Assembly: GCA_951406725.2 (NCBI GenBank) | Contig: OX597830.1 | Coordinates: forward strand, 31,868,001 to 31,932,000 | DNA: 64,000 bases | DNA from: Octopus vulgaris | Lineage: Eukaryota | Direction: 5' to 3' | In this document: one piece after another, positions 1-13,262 of the stretch | Position numbering within the stretch: position 1 is the first letter of the stretch | Layout: the number at the start of each line of letters is the position of its first letter | Made by a program: the position numbers and the translations under genes | The notes under the pieces: model-generated | Seen by the model: the letters and a program-made list of their open reading frames with translations, nothing else | The model's database searches: none | What the model was told of the DNA's origin: nothing

Positions 1-163
1 GACGAAGAGGGAGAGAGAGAAAAAGGGACGGGGTGGGAGATGTGTTAGGTCATGCTCTCAAGGTTCTATGAAGGCAGGGAATATAGGTGAAGTAATACAG
101 ATGGTTGAACTCAGGCAAGTGGGCAAGAAGGAATAGGTGTATCAAGTATACATATACATATAT

Positions 164-520
164 AGGTGCAGGAGTGGCTGTGTGGTAAGTAGCTTGCTTA
201 CCAGCAATATGGGCAAGTGTCTTCTACTATAGCCTCGGGCTGACCAAAGCCTTGACAATGGATTTCGTAAACAGAAACTGAAACACACCCGTCGCATATG
301 TGTGTGTGTGTGTGTGTTTGTGTGTCTGTGTTCGTCGCCCCACCATGACTTGACAACCGATGTTGGTGTGTTTACGACCCCATAACTTAGTGGTTCAGCA
401 AAGGAATCCAATAGAATAAGTACTAGGCTTACAGAGAATAAGTCCCAGGGTCGATTTGTCCAACCAAAAAGGCAGTGCTTCAGTATGGCTGCAGTCAAAT
501 GAATGAAAGAATAAGATAAG
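164..520 (+). mobile_element. SINE family A (tRNA-like head, CORE-like centre, internal TG tract), internally deleted copy
   Basis: Head GCAGGAGTGGCTGTGTGGTAAG, GGGCAAGTGTCTTCTACTATAGCC block and 3' tail GCAGTCAAATGAATGAAAG; the same sequence recurs more than 12 times in the window. Confidence 0.85.
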
Positions 521-832
521 ATCCTAACTGCAGCTCTTGGTGGTCCAAATCAGATATGCAGTCTATGAGGGTGTCTTTTCAAATCATTGCCTAGTTTAAA
601 AAGCTACATCAGACGCCATGACGGATCTAAGGTGTAGGTACAAGAGGTGGTCAGACTCTGCATAAGGAGTAGACAACCACTATGTATGTATATGTGTATA
701 TATGTATGTACGTATTGATAAATGTATTTAGTAATAAAGCCAAGGCAGTAAGCCCCAGAAGTGCATCCTGCATAATAAATACACAAATGCTAGCATCTCA
801 AACACATTCAAACATCCATACTTATGTATAAA

Positions 833-909
<77 letters not shown>

Positions 910-957
910 GTATATATATATATAGATATATATATATATGTTTGTATATATACACAC

Positions 958-1265
958 GTGAAGGCACAAAGGCCCAGTGGTTAGGGCAGCGGATTCGCGG
1001 TCATAGGATCGCGGTTTCAATCCCCAGACCAGGCATTGTGAGTATTTATTGAGCGAAAACACCTAAGAGCCCCACGAGGCTCTGGCAGGGTGTGGTGATC
1101 CCTGCTGTACTCTTTCTCCACTCTTTCTCCCACTCTTTCTTCTGTTGGCCTGCTCGCTTGGCCAGCGGGGTGGCGTCATTCGAACGCTAAAACAATGCGA
1201 ATGCATTGTGACCAGCGATGTGTAACAACATCCGATGGTATGGTCGGTCACGTGATCACGTGATA
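958..1265 (+). mobile_element. SINE family B (tRNA-derived)
   Basis: A-box-like GGCCCAGTGG, B-box-like GGTTTCAATCCC and tail ...GGTCACGTGATCACGTGA; near-identical copy at 32218-32502. Confidence 0.85.
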
Positions 1266-1352
1266 TATATACACACACACACACACATCCTTATTGTTTC
1301 AATACAAATTTAATAAGCAAGCTTCTATCTATCTTTCTATCTATCTATCTAA

Positions 1353-1386
<34 letters not shown>

Positions 1387-1467
1387 CATATATATACATA
1401 TATCCATATATATACACACACACACATATTTATATAAAATATATGTATATATTAAACATGCATATGT

Positions 1468-1570
1468 ATTTTATTAATTATTCTTTACCAGGAGAAAGTT
1501 GACAGTGACTTCAAAGTTTCCTCATACTTGCTGTCACTCTCAATCTTTTCCTTATAAAAATTAATAAATA
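1468..1570. ncRNA. candidate pre-miRNA-like / long dsRNA hairpin
   Basis: Arm AGGAGAAAGTTGACAGTGACTTCAAAGT (1490-1517) pairs imperfectly with ACTTGCTGTCACTCTCAATCTTTTCCT (1526-1552) around an 8-nt loop; basal stem TTTATTAATT/AATTAATAAA. Confidence 0.4.
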
Positions 1571-1961
1571 TGGGATTCCATGAAAAAGTACTGAGTCATT
1601 CTTTAATTTAATGTCCAACTGTTTTTTACGTATAACTGTTTGTAAAAAAAAAAAGACCATTAACATACATACATATTTATATATTTATATATATGTGTAC
1701 ACACACACACATATATATATATACAAAAATACATATATATATATACATACACACATATACATGCATACATCATATGTATATACATATAGACATACATACA
1801 TGCACACAGACACACACATAAGAACACATACAGACAGACAGACAGACACACACACACACACATTTTTTTGTTTTTTTGTTGAAAGATTTATCTTCTTGAA
1901 TCACTACTCTGAGTTTAAGTCCACTGTTTTTGTCAGGCAAAGAAGCTGAATTAGCAGTAGC

Positions 1962-2020
<59 letters not shown>

Positions 2021-2110
2021 AGGAGGAGGAGGAGGAGGAGGAGGAGAAGTTATTGGTAGAAGCGGCTGCATTAATGAACTTTGGAAATATTAGTGTATGT
2101 ATATGTGTAT

Positions 2111-2145
<35 letters not shown>

Positions 2146-2366
2146 TGTATGCATTTATATGGGCTTATATGCTTTAATCTGCATGTGTGTGTGTACGTGT
2201 GTGCAGCAGGTGAGAGGTGGGGAGGGGGCAGGCCTGAAACAGAAACTGATTAAAACAAAACAACAACAACAACAACAACACAACGACAGCGACAACAACA
2301 ACAACAACGCAAACAGCACCAAAAGGAAAAAAAAAGATCAGAAGGAAAACTGAAATATGTAAAAAA

Positions 2367-2415
<49 letters not shown>

Positions 2416-3424
2416 GAAAGAAAAAATAGTAAATAACAACAAAAGTACAACAAAAATAAACAGCAAGTACAGCAGCAACAACAACAGCAATAATGAAAAC
2501 GACCGCAGTAAAAACAAAAACAAGAACATGTATAAAAGACAAAAAAAAAATCTCAAGAAAACAATACATAAACAACATACCTATGAATTTTATTGAATTT
2601 TTGATTTTTTCTTCAATAAATTTCCATTTTTATATATTTATTTATATTTAATAGTTAAGTGTATTTTTTTACTTTTGTAATTTCTTGTTTATTTATTATT
2701 AACTTTTTTTTTTTTTTATCTGAGAGTGTGGTGGGGATTTTCCAATTGTTTGTTTCTGGAAAGTTCCAAAGAGATACCTACCTACCTACTTACCGATCTC
2801 TGCATTTCTTTTCTCCCCCATTCTTTGCTTTTAATTTATATATATTGTTTATTTTCCTTTATATTTATCATTTCTTACTCCCATTGTCTCACTTATTTAA
2901 TTCTTTACTGTAGAGGTTTGATTAAATTTGATCAAGGAATATCTGCGTGCATATATACATATATACACATATATATACATATGTTTACATGTATAATTGC
3001 ATGTATATGTATGTGTATATATACAAAGAGAGAAAGAAAGCGAGAGAGAGACAGAGAGATTTACACATTTAATTCTTTACTGGGAAGGTTTGATTAAATT
3101 TGATAAAAGGATATGTATATGTATGTGTGTATATGTAGGTATATATATGTGTATGTGTGTGTGTGAATATACATATATGTACTTGCTTATACATCATATA
3201 GACAAATTTACACGCACATACACTTACATATGACTGACAAGCCACTGCTTAACAAATGTTGAAGTCAAATTCATTTTACATTTCATCAGAATGTGTATAT
3301 TCATACATACATTTATAAATACACAGATACATTCATATATATATGTGTATATATATATATTATATGTATGTATATGTATATATAAAATAATAAATATATA
3401 TACACACACATGTATATAAATCAC

Positions 3425-3670
3425 CTTACTGACCAGATTATCATATGTTGTTACACATTGCTGGTCACAATGCACTTTGCATCCTTTTCCGCCTTCAAAC
3501 AATGCCATCCTTCTGGCTAGGCAAGCAGGCGAACATTATCCCTTGATTGAAAGGAGGACCAGGCAACATGAAATGAAATATTTTGCTCAAGAACACAACC
3601 TGCTGCCTGATCTGGGAATTGAACCCGTGAACTATCAACCATGAGTGCAACTGCCTAACTAATTGTCCAC
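3425..3670 (-). mobile_element. diverged SINE related to family B
   Basis: The reverse complement carries GGTTCAATTCCCAG (B box), TTCTTGAGCAAAATATTTCATTTCA and the TGACCAGCAATGTGTAACAACA tail. Confidence 0.65.
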
Positions 3671-3674
3671 TCGC

Positions 3675-3712
<38 letters not shown>

Positions 3713-4110
3713 GTGTGCATACATACATACAAACATACATACATACATACATCCATCCATACATACATACATATATATGTATATACATGTGTATATACAT
3801 ACATATATTTGTATATATATATATAATATATATACATGTGTGTATATATATGTGTATATACTTTTAGCTTATTATGCATTTATTATTTTACATATAGCTT
3901 ATAATGAAGAGCATTCTTCATCATAATCTGTTGAGTGGTGATCAAATATATTTTTGTACCTATTGATAGTAACTTGTCTTTACAGTGGTGCCTACAGAGA
4001 AATCACTGCAATTTTTTGTGGTGGTCGTCATGGTGGGGTCTTCTCTTATTGTCCATGTACAGCAATAATCATACTAACATTCTGACAACTACTTCTTTCT
4101 ACTACTTAAT

Positions 4111-4464
4111 CAGGGTTTCTCAACCAATTTGTATCCCTGGACCCCTTGGATTGCTATTTTATTCTGGTGGGACCCACCCTCCATAACCATTGGATGGCTA
4201 AAAACTAGTTTTATAGAAACTTCATGCATAATTCCTATTTTTTGATTTTCCCACATTAACTCATGTAGGCTGAACCATGTAAAAATGATAAAGAAACCCA
4301 TCTGTTTCTTGCAATACATACCAATACAAACATCTAAAGCAAAGTTTTTTTCAGGGGCCCTTAAAATACTATTGTATATCCCAATTTGCTACTTTGTTGG
4401 GTGAACCACCAAAAATCATATATGGACCCTCAGGGGCAATATGGATCCTGGTTGAAAACCACTG
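4111..4464. mobile_element. hAT-type non-autonomous element (MITE)
   Basis: Termini CAGGGTTTCTCAACC ... GGTTGAAAACCACTG form an imperfect TIR with hAT/Charlie-style CAG ends, plus subterminal TGGACCC motifs; related copy at 21180-22065. The 8-bp TSD is only partly preserved. Confidence 0.7.
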
Positions 4465-4582
4465 GCTTAAACCTTGGTCTTATTCTCATAATCCCCTGTT
4501 GTATCAATCATCATGAATTTTCTGCTTATCTCTCCACTTTACACAGGCATATTCATATAATTATGTGTGTGGGTATGTGGTG

Positions 4583-4616
<34 letters not shown>

Positions 4617-4706
4617 TATATACACATATATATATATTAGTAATCCATTGTATCATGGAAAGCAGACGTTAAGCGATAATGATGATATATATATATATAT
4701 ATTTAC

Positions 4707-4751
<45 letters not shown>

Positions 4752-4758
4752 TATATAC

Positions 4759-4821
<63 letters not shown>

Positions 4822-4827
4822 TATACA

Positions 4828-5230
4828 TGTCTGTGTGGTAAGAAGCTTGCTTCCCAACCACATGGTTCCGGGTTCAGTCCCACTGCATGATACCTTGGGC
4901 AAATGTCTTCTGCTATAGCCTCAGACCAACCAAAGCCTTGTAAGTGCATTTGGTAGACAGAAACTGAAAGAAGCCTGTCGTATATCTATATATATTTGTG
5001 TGTGTGTGTGTGTGTGTGTCTGTGTTTGGTCCCTCCCACCATGGCTTGACAGCTGATGTTGGTGTGTTTGTGGCGTCCCCGTAACTTATCAGTTCAGCAA
5101 ATGAGAACCGATAGAATAAGTACTAGGCTTACAAAGAATAAGTCCTGGGGTTGATTTGTTCGACTAAAGGCTGTGCTCCAATCAAATGCAGTCAAATAAC
5201 TGCAACAAGTGAAAAAATCTAAGGATAAAA
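4828..5230 (+). mobile_element. SINE family A, near full length
   Basis: GGTTCAGTCCC B box, ACCTTGGGCAAATGTCTT core, internal TA/TG tract and family tail. Confidence 0.85.
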
Positions 5231-5232
5231 CA

Positions 5233-5263
<31 letters not shown>

Positions 5264-5300
5264 TATATACATATGTATACATATATATACATATATATAT

Positions 5301-5382
<82 letters not shown>

Positions 5383-5546
5383 TATAATTTAATTTTTCAT
5401 TATTGAATTGATAAAAGGTGGTTTTTTTCTAACTTATACATATATATATATATTATATTTTGTGAAATTTGATTTAGTATTTCTAAATTGAATTTTTCCC
5501 TGTAAGTTTGGAGTAGTATTCCCTCATATAATTATTATTATTATTA

Positions 5547-5605
<59 letters not shown>

Positions 5606-7235
5606 TGATTGAATCATTAATCATCAGCAATAATGTGCTAATAAGACACTTTTCCTGTAGGCAAGAAAATTAGCCGTGTATGCATCACTAGCCATGGTCT
5701 CCTTTTAATCTCTCTAATGCAGATTTGAAACTGTAACATCAATTACATTGCCCTTGTTATTGCATTAACCAGGGCTTCTCCATTTCCAAGAGGCACAGCT
5801 TTCGGTGATCCATGTTTCCATTAATTATTAGTTTTGGTTTATTAGAATCTCAAAGAAAATCTAAAAAGATACAAGTATAGCTATTTAACAAACTTGGTGC
5901 ATTTTCACACAAGTTTCAATGAATTTGTTTAATGCTGTTATCTACACAGGACATGATCAGGAGCCTGGCCCTTTTAAATGTTTGACGTTGTGTGACTATT
6001 TTTGAAATAGAGGTTTCAGTCCAACAGCACAGTACTCTGAGCCTGTGACTGCCACTAGGGAACTGGACTGACCGGAAACTGGTAGATGGATATGGGAAAC
6101 AAAAACTGAAAGAAGCCTGTCATGTGTGTTTGTGCGTGTGTGTGTGTGTGTCTGTAAGCGTGGGTTTGTGTGCATGTGTACATGAGCATGTACATGTGTG
6201 TATGTGTAATTGTGTGTGTGCATGTATGTGTGTGTTTGTGTATGTGTACATGTGTGTGTGTACATGTGTGTTTGTGTGCATGCATGTATATGCATGTAAG
6301 TGTGTGTGTACATGAGTGTGTGCATGTATATGTATGTACATGTGTGTTTGTGTGTGTGTATGTGTATGTCTGTAAGTGTGTGTGTGCCTGTTTATGTACG
6401 TGTATGTGTACATGTATTTGTGTGTGTGCACGTATGTGTGTGTGTCCTCACTGCCGTTCGACAACCTGTAACTTAACAGTTCAGCAAAACCGATCAACAG
6501 AATAAGCACCAGACTTTAAAAATAAATAAATAAATAAATAAACAAATAAATATTGGCGTTAATTTGCCCAACTAGACCCTTCAAATAAGTGCTCCAGCAT
6601 GACCACAGTCCAAGAACTGAAACAAATGATTAAAGAAAAGATTACTCCGTTCTTCTCTTTTACTGCTCCATCAGTTTTATCAGAGAATTTAATTTATTTT
6701 CAGTGGCTATAATTGGTATTTTCAATCAATTCCATCTTTTTCTCTGCTGGTGATTTGATCATTTAAAAACTTTGTCCTTCATTGCATAACAATTTTCCTC
6801 TGTCCTGTCCCCAGAGATCACATTTTAGGTTTTTTCCTTTCTGTGAACTTTGGCCTTCTCCTTAGGGTTACATTAAATGCATATCACTGGAGCATTGTTC
6901 GTAGAAATTGCTTCAGAAGTTTGTCATTGTCTTGCGTGGTGAGAGGTTTTTGTAAATTTCAGTTTGCGGATTTTCTTCTTAATTGATTTTCAGTTATTGA
7001 GCCATGTGGAGATACAATTTGGACAGATCTGGGTTGATTAAAGATACATATTTATAAATCTCTCAGACGGCACACTCGATATAATTGTATAATCTTGAAA
7101 TATGAAAACGCATGTGTAAATATGTAGCAGTCTCTCTGAAATATGTTTATATTTTTTTTTAAATATATATATTTATATATATTGTCATAATTTCAGCCAG
7201 TGGCAAACATAGACGAAATGAAATGGAACACACAT

Positions 7236-7343
<108 letters not shown>

Positions 7344-7684
7344 GCACACACACACAACATACACATACGCACTCACACACATACACATACCCATACACAC
7401 ATACATATATGTATATATACACACATACATGCATACATACACATACACACATATATGCACACATACATAAACATACCCACATACACATACACACACGTGC
7501 ATATACACATGTGCGTTGCAGCAGAAAATAATAGTGCATGAATTAAACCAGTGTGATTATACGAAACAAATGTGATTATATAATGGGATTGTCCAGTGAC
7601 GAACACAAACACTCAGACACACATTAGAATGCCAAAATAAATTTTACAATTATACACAGGCATATGTGCAATATAGTGATAGGC

Positions 7685-7872
7685 ACACTGGGTGAAATGC
7701 TTAGTAGTATTTCGTCTGTCTTTACGTTCTGAGTTCAAATTCTGCTGAGGTTGACTTTTCCTTTTATCCTTTCAGGGTTGATAAATTAAGTACCAGTTGT
7801 GTACTGAGGTCGACCTAATCGACTAGTCCTCTCCCCAAAAGTTTCGGGCCTTATGCTAGAGTAGAAAAGAAT
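7685..7872 (+). mobile_element. SINE family C (tRNA-like head, CTTTCATCCTTTCGGGGTCGATAAA central domain)
   Basis: GAGTTCAAATTC B box followed by CCTTTTATCCTTTCAGGGTTGATAAATTAAGTACCAG; at least 10 copies in the window. Confidence 0.8.
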
Positions 7873-8039
7873 ATACATTTGTAAACACCTGTGTGCTTTG
7901 TGCATGTATGTATATACATGCATATATATGTATATATGTATATATATATATACATATATATATATATACACATATATATACACACATATATATATACATA
8001 CATGCACAATGCGCACAGGTGTTTACAATGTATATACAC

Positions 8040-8885
8040 ATTGTACCATGCATGTGTGCCATGCTTCATGGCAATGAAACATGGGCCGTGACTACAGATG
8101 CTCGAAAGAAATGAAGCTAGCATGATCCACTGTATGTATAATGTCAGTGTGAACACACGACAGAGTGTAAGCACCCTGAGAGAAATGTTGGACATAAGAA
8201 GCATCAGATGTCGTGTGCAAGAGTATGGTCATGTACTATAGATGTCGTGGTATGGTCATGTACTATAGATGTATGAGAAGGGCTTTGAAGAAGTGCCACT
8301 CCCAAACAGGTGAAGGAATCCAGGGTAGAGGTAGACCCGAAAAGACATGGGATGAGGTAGTGAATTATGGCCATTGAATGTTGGGCCTCACAGAGGCAAT
8401 GCCAAAAGACCAAAACCTCTGGAGATATGCTGTTCACGGCTGTATCCTACACCAGTTTCACATAACCAGCCCCAGCCCACTCAAAAGTACCTTGGATCAT
8501 AGGGCAACCTGCTGTGCATGAGGAGACCTATTGAGTCAAGTACATCAACATCAAAATGAAAATCAAATGGAAATTTTAGTTGTGACACCTGTGCTGGTGG
8601 CACATAAAAAGAGCTATCCAAATGGCCGGTTCCAGTGCTGTCTTGACTGACTTCCATGCCAGTGGCACGTAAAAAGCACCAACCAATTGTGGCCAGTGCC
8701 AGTGTACTCTGACCTCTGTGCCAGTGGCACGTAAAAAGCACCCACTACACTCATGGAGCGTTTGGCATTAAGAAGTGCACCCAGCTGTAGAAACACTGTC
8801 AGATCATTCTGGTTTCCCAGACCCCAGTTGAACCATCCAACCCATGGATAACAGACGTTAAACGATGATGATGATGATGATGATA
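8040..8885 (+). mobile_element. 5'-truncated RTE-clade LINE (C-terminal ORF remnant, 3' UTR, (GAT)n tail)
   Basis: Degenerate peptides AMLHGNETWAV, LERNEASM and EGIQGRGRP are typical of RTE C-termini; the 3' UTR has repeated GGCACGTAAAAAGCACC units and ends GACGTTAAACGATGATGAT. Confidence 0.85.
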
Positions 8886-9029
8886 AAGGAATACGAAAAA
8901 TGAGACAAGAAAGCAAAATATCCAGACAGTTAGATGATGCAAAAAAGGGACAAAGAAAAAACAAGGACGGATCATTTGGAGTTTTCTTTCCTCAGTCGAG
9001 TTCCAGGTTATCTTTGCAATTTCGGTTGG

Positions 9030-9067
<38 letters not shown>

Positions 9068-9074
9068 ATGTATT

Positions 9075-9323
9075 GTTGTTTGTTCCTTCTTGAGCCACAC
9101 ATGGCTCATAGGACCTGCTTCCCGGTTTCCTTGGTGAGCTGCAAGATGCAGGAGGAAAGAGTGAGAGAAAGTGAGAGAAAGTTGTGGCGAAAGAGTCAGC
9201 AGAAGTTCACCATTACCTTCTGCCGGAGCCGTGTGGAGCTTAGGTGTTTCGCTGGGTCTGAGAATCGAACCTGCGATCCCTCAACCGCGAGTCTGCTGCT
9301 CTAACCACTACACCATGTGGCTC

Positions 9324-9325
<2 letters not shown>
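9075..9325 (-). mobile_element. SINE with family B tRNA head and a different 3' part
   Basis: Reverse complement TGGTGTAGTGGTTAGAGCAGCAGACTCGCGG...GGTTCGATTCTCAGACC then GCGAAACACCTAAGCTCCAC, shared with 958-1265. Confidence 0.75.
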
Positions 9326-9422
<97 letters not shown>

Positions 9423-9449
9423 TATACATATACATATATATGTATATAC

Positions 9450-9485
<36 letters not shown>

Positions 9486-9486
9486 A

Positions 9487-11027
9487 CGCTGCATCCCACA
9501 TTATTAGGCAAATCAACCTTCTCTCCATAAATAAATGTATATTCGTTCAAAACCAGTTGTTTTCCCACTGACTGTTGGCACACATTCTGTTAAAATAAAT
9601 CAGATCGGTGCAGATTCCAACAAATGGCAACCATTTTCATGATTGGGCAACATTTTCTTTCACAAATTATTTAGGCAAGTATAATTAAAATGATAACTGT
9701 GTCAGAACAAACATTTATTTAATTCTACAAAAATTATTCATAAAGGACTTAATGGTAAACATAATTATACGTTTGAATGAAAATAATCATGGAATTATGA
9801 TGTCATACAGCTCCTAATGTTTGATGTGTGACCCTCCACATGCAATAACCTTCCTTATGTGCTGATCCATTGAATTTGTCAAGGTGACAATATCCTCTTG
9901 TATCATGCTTTGAGCAGCATCTACAATAGCATCCCAGAGGACAACTTTACTTGAAAACTGCTGTCCATCTTGGTAAATGTACTGCTTCAGGACACTCCAC
10001 AAGTTCTTGATCGGGTTTAAGTCAGGGGAACAAGGTGACCACTCAATCAATGGACCTCCAGAGAAGCCTATTTGCTGCATGTATTCCTTAGAATTCTTCA
10101 CTGCATGAGATCAGCTTCCTCTTGAATGAAAGTTTTTGCTTTGTGAACCACAGTTGCAAATTGTCCTTTAAGAAGGTAACATGTGTTTTTTGATGTCACC
10201 TTTATGCCATCTGGGACTTTCCATGGCCTGACCATCATGCCACCAATGATGCCAGCTCAAAACAGAACGCCCACCTCCCTCTGTTGGCGTTTCAAATGAT
10301 GAAGACTTCCCACTGATTGATACCCAAACTTTACTTCAGCCACCTGGTCCATCAAAGGTAGCACAGCATCCATCAGTGAACAGAACAGTCGAAAAATCTA
10401 CTCATGTATTCTTCTGCCCATTTCAGTCTCTTCTGCTTATAAACGGCTTTCAGTGGGTTCCTTATAACACGTTTAATATTCCTGGCTACTTGCTTCAAGA
10501 GGCAACACCTAATAGTCTTCGATACATCTTCCCCGTCACAGTGTTTGAAGACTTCTCTACTTTTTAAACATGGGTTCTGCATAACTTCCCTTTTCACACT
10601 TGACAAATTACGGTTCAAAGCAATCTTCAACTCACCCTTATCTGCTCTCGACCAGACAGAAATAGGAGACTGTACAAATTTCTTCACTGTTCGGTGATCT
10701 CTTCCCAATATTTTTGATATTTCTATGGCTGTTTTCCTTTTTCCAAGCTCTGACACGATGGTAGACTTCTCATGCGAGGTAAGATCACGTTTCTGACCAA
10801 TAATGACACTTAATTGGGCACTTGCTTAATAATTTGGGATAACAGAAATGTTGTTGCTACACGAAAATGACTGCCGTTTCTTTCCGTCTGCCTAGATCCA
10901 ATTTATTTTAACAGAATTTATGCAGATACGTATTGCCAACAGTCAGTGGTAAAACAACTGGTTTTGAACGAATATACATTTATTAATTGAGAGAAGTTTG
11001 TTTTGCCTAATAATGTGGGACGCAGTG
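9487..11027 (-). mobile_element. full-length but inactive Tc1 transposon (TRT/DD37E-like)
   Basis: TA at 9485-9486 and 11028-11029; long imperfect TIRs (over 120 bp) starting CGCTGCATCCCACATTATTAGGCA / CACTGCGTCCCACATTATTAGGCA; about 1.54 kb. Confidence 0.92.
9814..10801 (-). pseudogene. Tc1 DDE transposase pseudogene
   Basis: (I)GQKRDLT...KILGRDHRTVKKFV helix-turn-helix, VLFTDGCCATFDGPGG* and WSPCSPDLNPIKNLW. Start codon mutated, frameshifts present, QDNAP segment deleted, catalytic E replaced by K. Confidence 0.9.
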
Positions 11028-11198
11028 TACATACACACACACACATATATATATGTATATATATATGTACACACACATGTATATATATGTGTGTGTGCAT
11101 TTGTGCATGTATACACATACATATGTACATAAATGTATATGTATATATGTATATATATATATATAGCTATATATATATATATGTGTATATATGTATAC

Positions 11199-11294
<96 letters not shown>

Positions 11295-11298
11295 TATA

Positions 11299-11379
<81 letters not shown>

Positions 11380-11610
11380 CAGCCATAAGTGAAGATAACC
11401 AATTTGCTGTTAATTAATAAAACAATTATTAACTTCCCAATCTCCACCTTTTCTTTTTCTTCTTCTTTTATATGAATATAAACTATATGTTTTATATATA
11501 TACTTGTTATTTTAAGGAAATTCATTCCCCCAAAATATTAGGTATTGAAACGGTATTTCCTTGGGTCAAACCATTCCTTCATGAGGTTAATACAACCTCT
11601 AAATAAATCC

Positions 11611-11646
<36 letters not shown>

Positions 11647-11649
11647 TAT

Positions 11650-11800
11650 ATACGACGGGCTTCTTTTCAGTTTCCGTCTACCAAACCCACTCACAAGGTT
11701 TTGGTTGACCCGAGGCTATATTAGAAGACACTTGCCCAATGTGTCATGCAGTAGGACTGAACCCGGAAACATGTGGTTGGAAAGCAAGCTACTTACTGTG
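11650..11800 (-). mobile_element. SINE family A, 5' half
   Basis: Reverse complement of the family A head and core. Confidence 0.8.
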
Positions 11801-11802
11801 TA

Positions 11803-11857
<55 letters not shown>

Positions 11858-12185
11858 TGAAGGCACGTGGCTTACTGGTTAGGGTATTTGGCTCACAATC
11901 ACAAGACTGTGAGTTTGATTCCCAGTGATGCATTATGTCCTTCAGCAAGACACTTCATTCCACGTTACTCCAGTCCACTCAGCTGGCAATAATGAGTTGC
12001 ACTTGTAATTAAAAAGAGCCAGCATTGTCACACTCCATATCGCACTGATTCTCTCTGAGGATTTTACGTTAAGGGCACACATGTCTGTGGAGTCTTTGGC
12101 CACTTGCATGTGACATTCAAGAACAGGCTGTTTGATTGGTTGGATCAACTGAAACACTCATCATCATAACTGATACAGTACCCCC
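11858..12185 (+). mobile_element. tRNA-headed CORE-like SINE (family B-related)
   Basis: GAAGGCACGTGGCTTACTGGTTAGGG head and GTCCTTCAGCAAGACACTTCATTCCACGTTACTCCAGTCCACTCAGCTG block, also seen at 28495-28740, 44070-44330 and (minus) 52575-52700. Confidence 0.75.
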
Positions 12186-12734
12186 ACACACACACACAAA
12201 CACACATGTTTGTATAGTGCTCAAGATTAACTTGACTCCAACTTGAACTGCAACTAAAAGCAGGGATGTTATAACAGCATTATGGCAGTTGGCTGTAGGC
12301 AGTTTATCGATTGAGCATGTACAAGGACTAAAGTATCAACAAACAAAAACAATGTGTGTCAGGTGAGATTATGACATTTATATGTTTAAACATAATAGTT
12401 GAGCTGTTACATGAGCATAGATCATAATAAGGAGGGAATTAAATAAGTACGTAGGAAGTCTCTTACAGCTGTTTCAAGAAAAGCTGTGCAGAATTATGTG
12501 AAACATTATTATCAACCTCCTGCAGCTGTTGTTCAGGGTCATTTTGAGTACTCCTAGTGCCATAGGATCTGCCTGTCTCATATCGGTCTTGTCAGTCACA
12601 ACTGCTCCCATGAGAAACAATGTGATGAAGGTAGAGGGCAACGTTTATCTTGGACTCATCACCTTTAATGGGTCATCATGAGCAAGCAAGTAAAAGCAAT
12701 GCACATATGTATATATGTTTATCTTTTAATTATT

Positions 12735-13262
12735 ATAAATCTTCTACTGAGGAGAGAGCCAGTTTCCAACAAAGATACAAGGCTCCATCTTTGGGATGTA
12801 GCTAACACAAACAAATTCACATTTGGAACTTGAGAAAAGTCTTGCATATGTTTACTGTTCCACTCACAGATTGCCCTTGTAATGTATGAATTAGCCAGGT
12901 GATTTCTCTTTCTGAAAATCCCAGTTTATCCAGATTCTCCTTTAAGCATTTACTAACAAAACCAAGTGCTCCAATAATTATTGGAATGAATATGAATTCA
13001 TATACTGGATATAGAAGGTGGAGGTTTCGATGCAGTGGTCCAGTAATCCTCTTTTTCTTTGATTTTCAAAAATGTTTATATCCACAAGGCAGCTGACCTT
13101 TATGATGGTACATACTTTTGCCCCTCTGTTCCAAATAACAATATCCAGCCTGTTATGTCTGCATTTGATAGAAGCTTTGATGGGAACATTCCACCAGTAT
13201 TCCTTGAGTTGGTGCATATGAATGTATTCCATAACATAGGGATTTTCTAAGTTTATTTCAGG
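12735..13262 (-). mobile_element. 3' fragment of a non-LTR retrotransposon with a restriction-like endonuclease (R4/Dong-like)
   Basis: Peptide YWWNVPIKASIKCRHNRLDIVIWNRGAKVCTIIKVSC (degenerate PD..D motif) followed by IIIGALG; frameshifted. Confidence 0.8.

Noticed and set aside
958-1035. tRNA-like sequence (also at 9255-9325 and 32218-32280)
   Set aside because: These are SINE heads: A and B boxes are present, but there is no complete cloverleaf and they continue into repeat bodies.
6680-7100. Unique stretch that might be an old Penelope or LINE fragment on the minus strand
   Set aside because: No motif could be read convincingly in any frame.
11514-11562. AAGGAAA...GAAACGGTA-TTTCCTT, hammerhead-like with a 7-bp stem I
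   Set aside because: The core reads UUCAUUC with no UGA, stem II is unclear and stem III is not palindromic.
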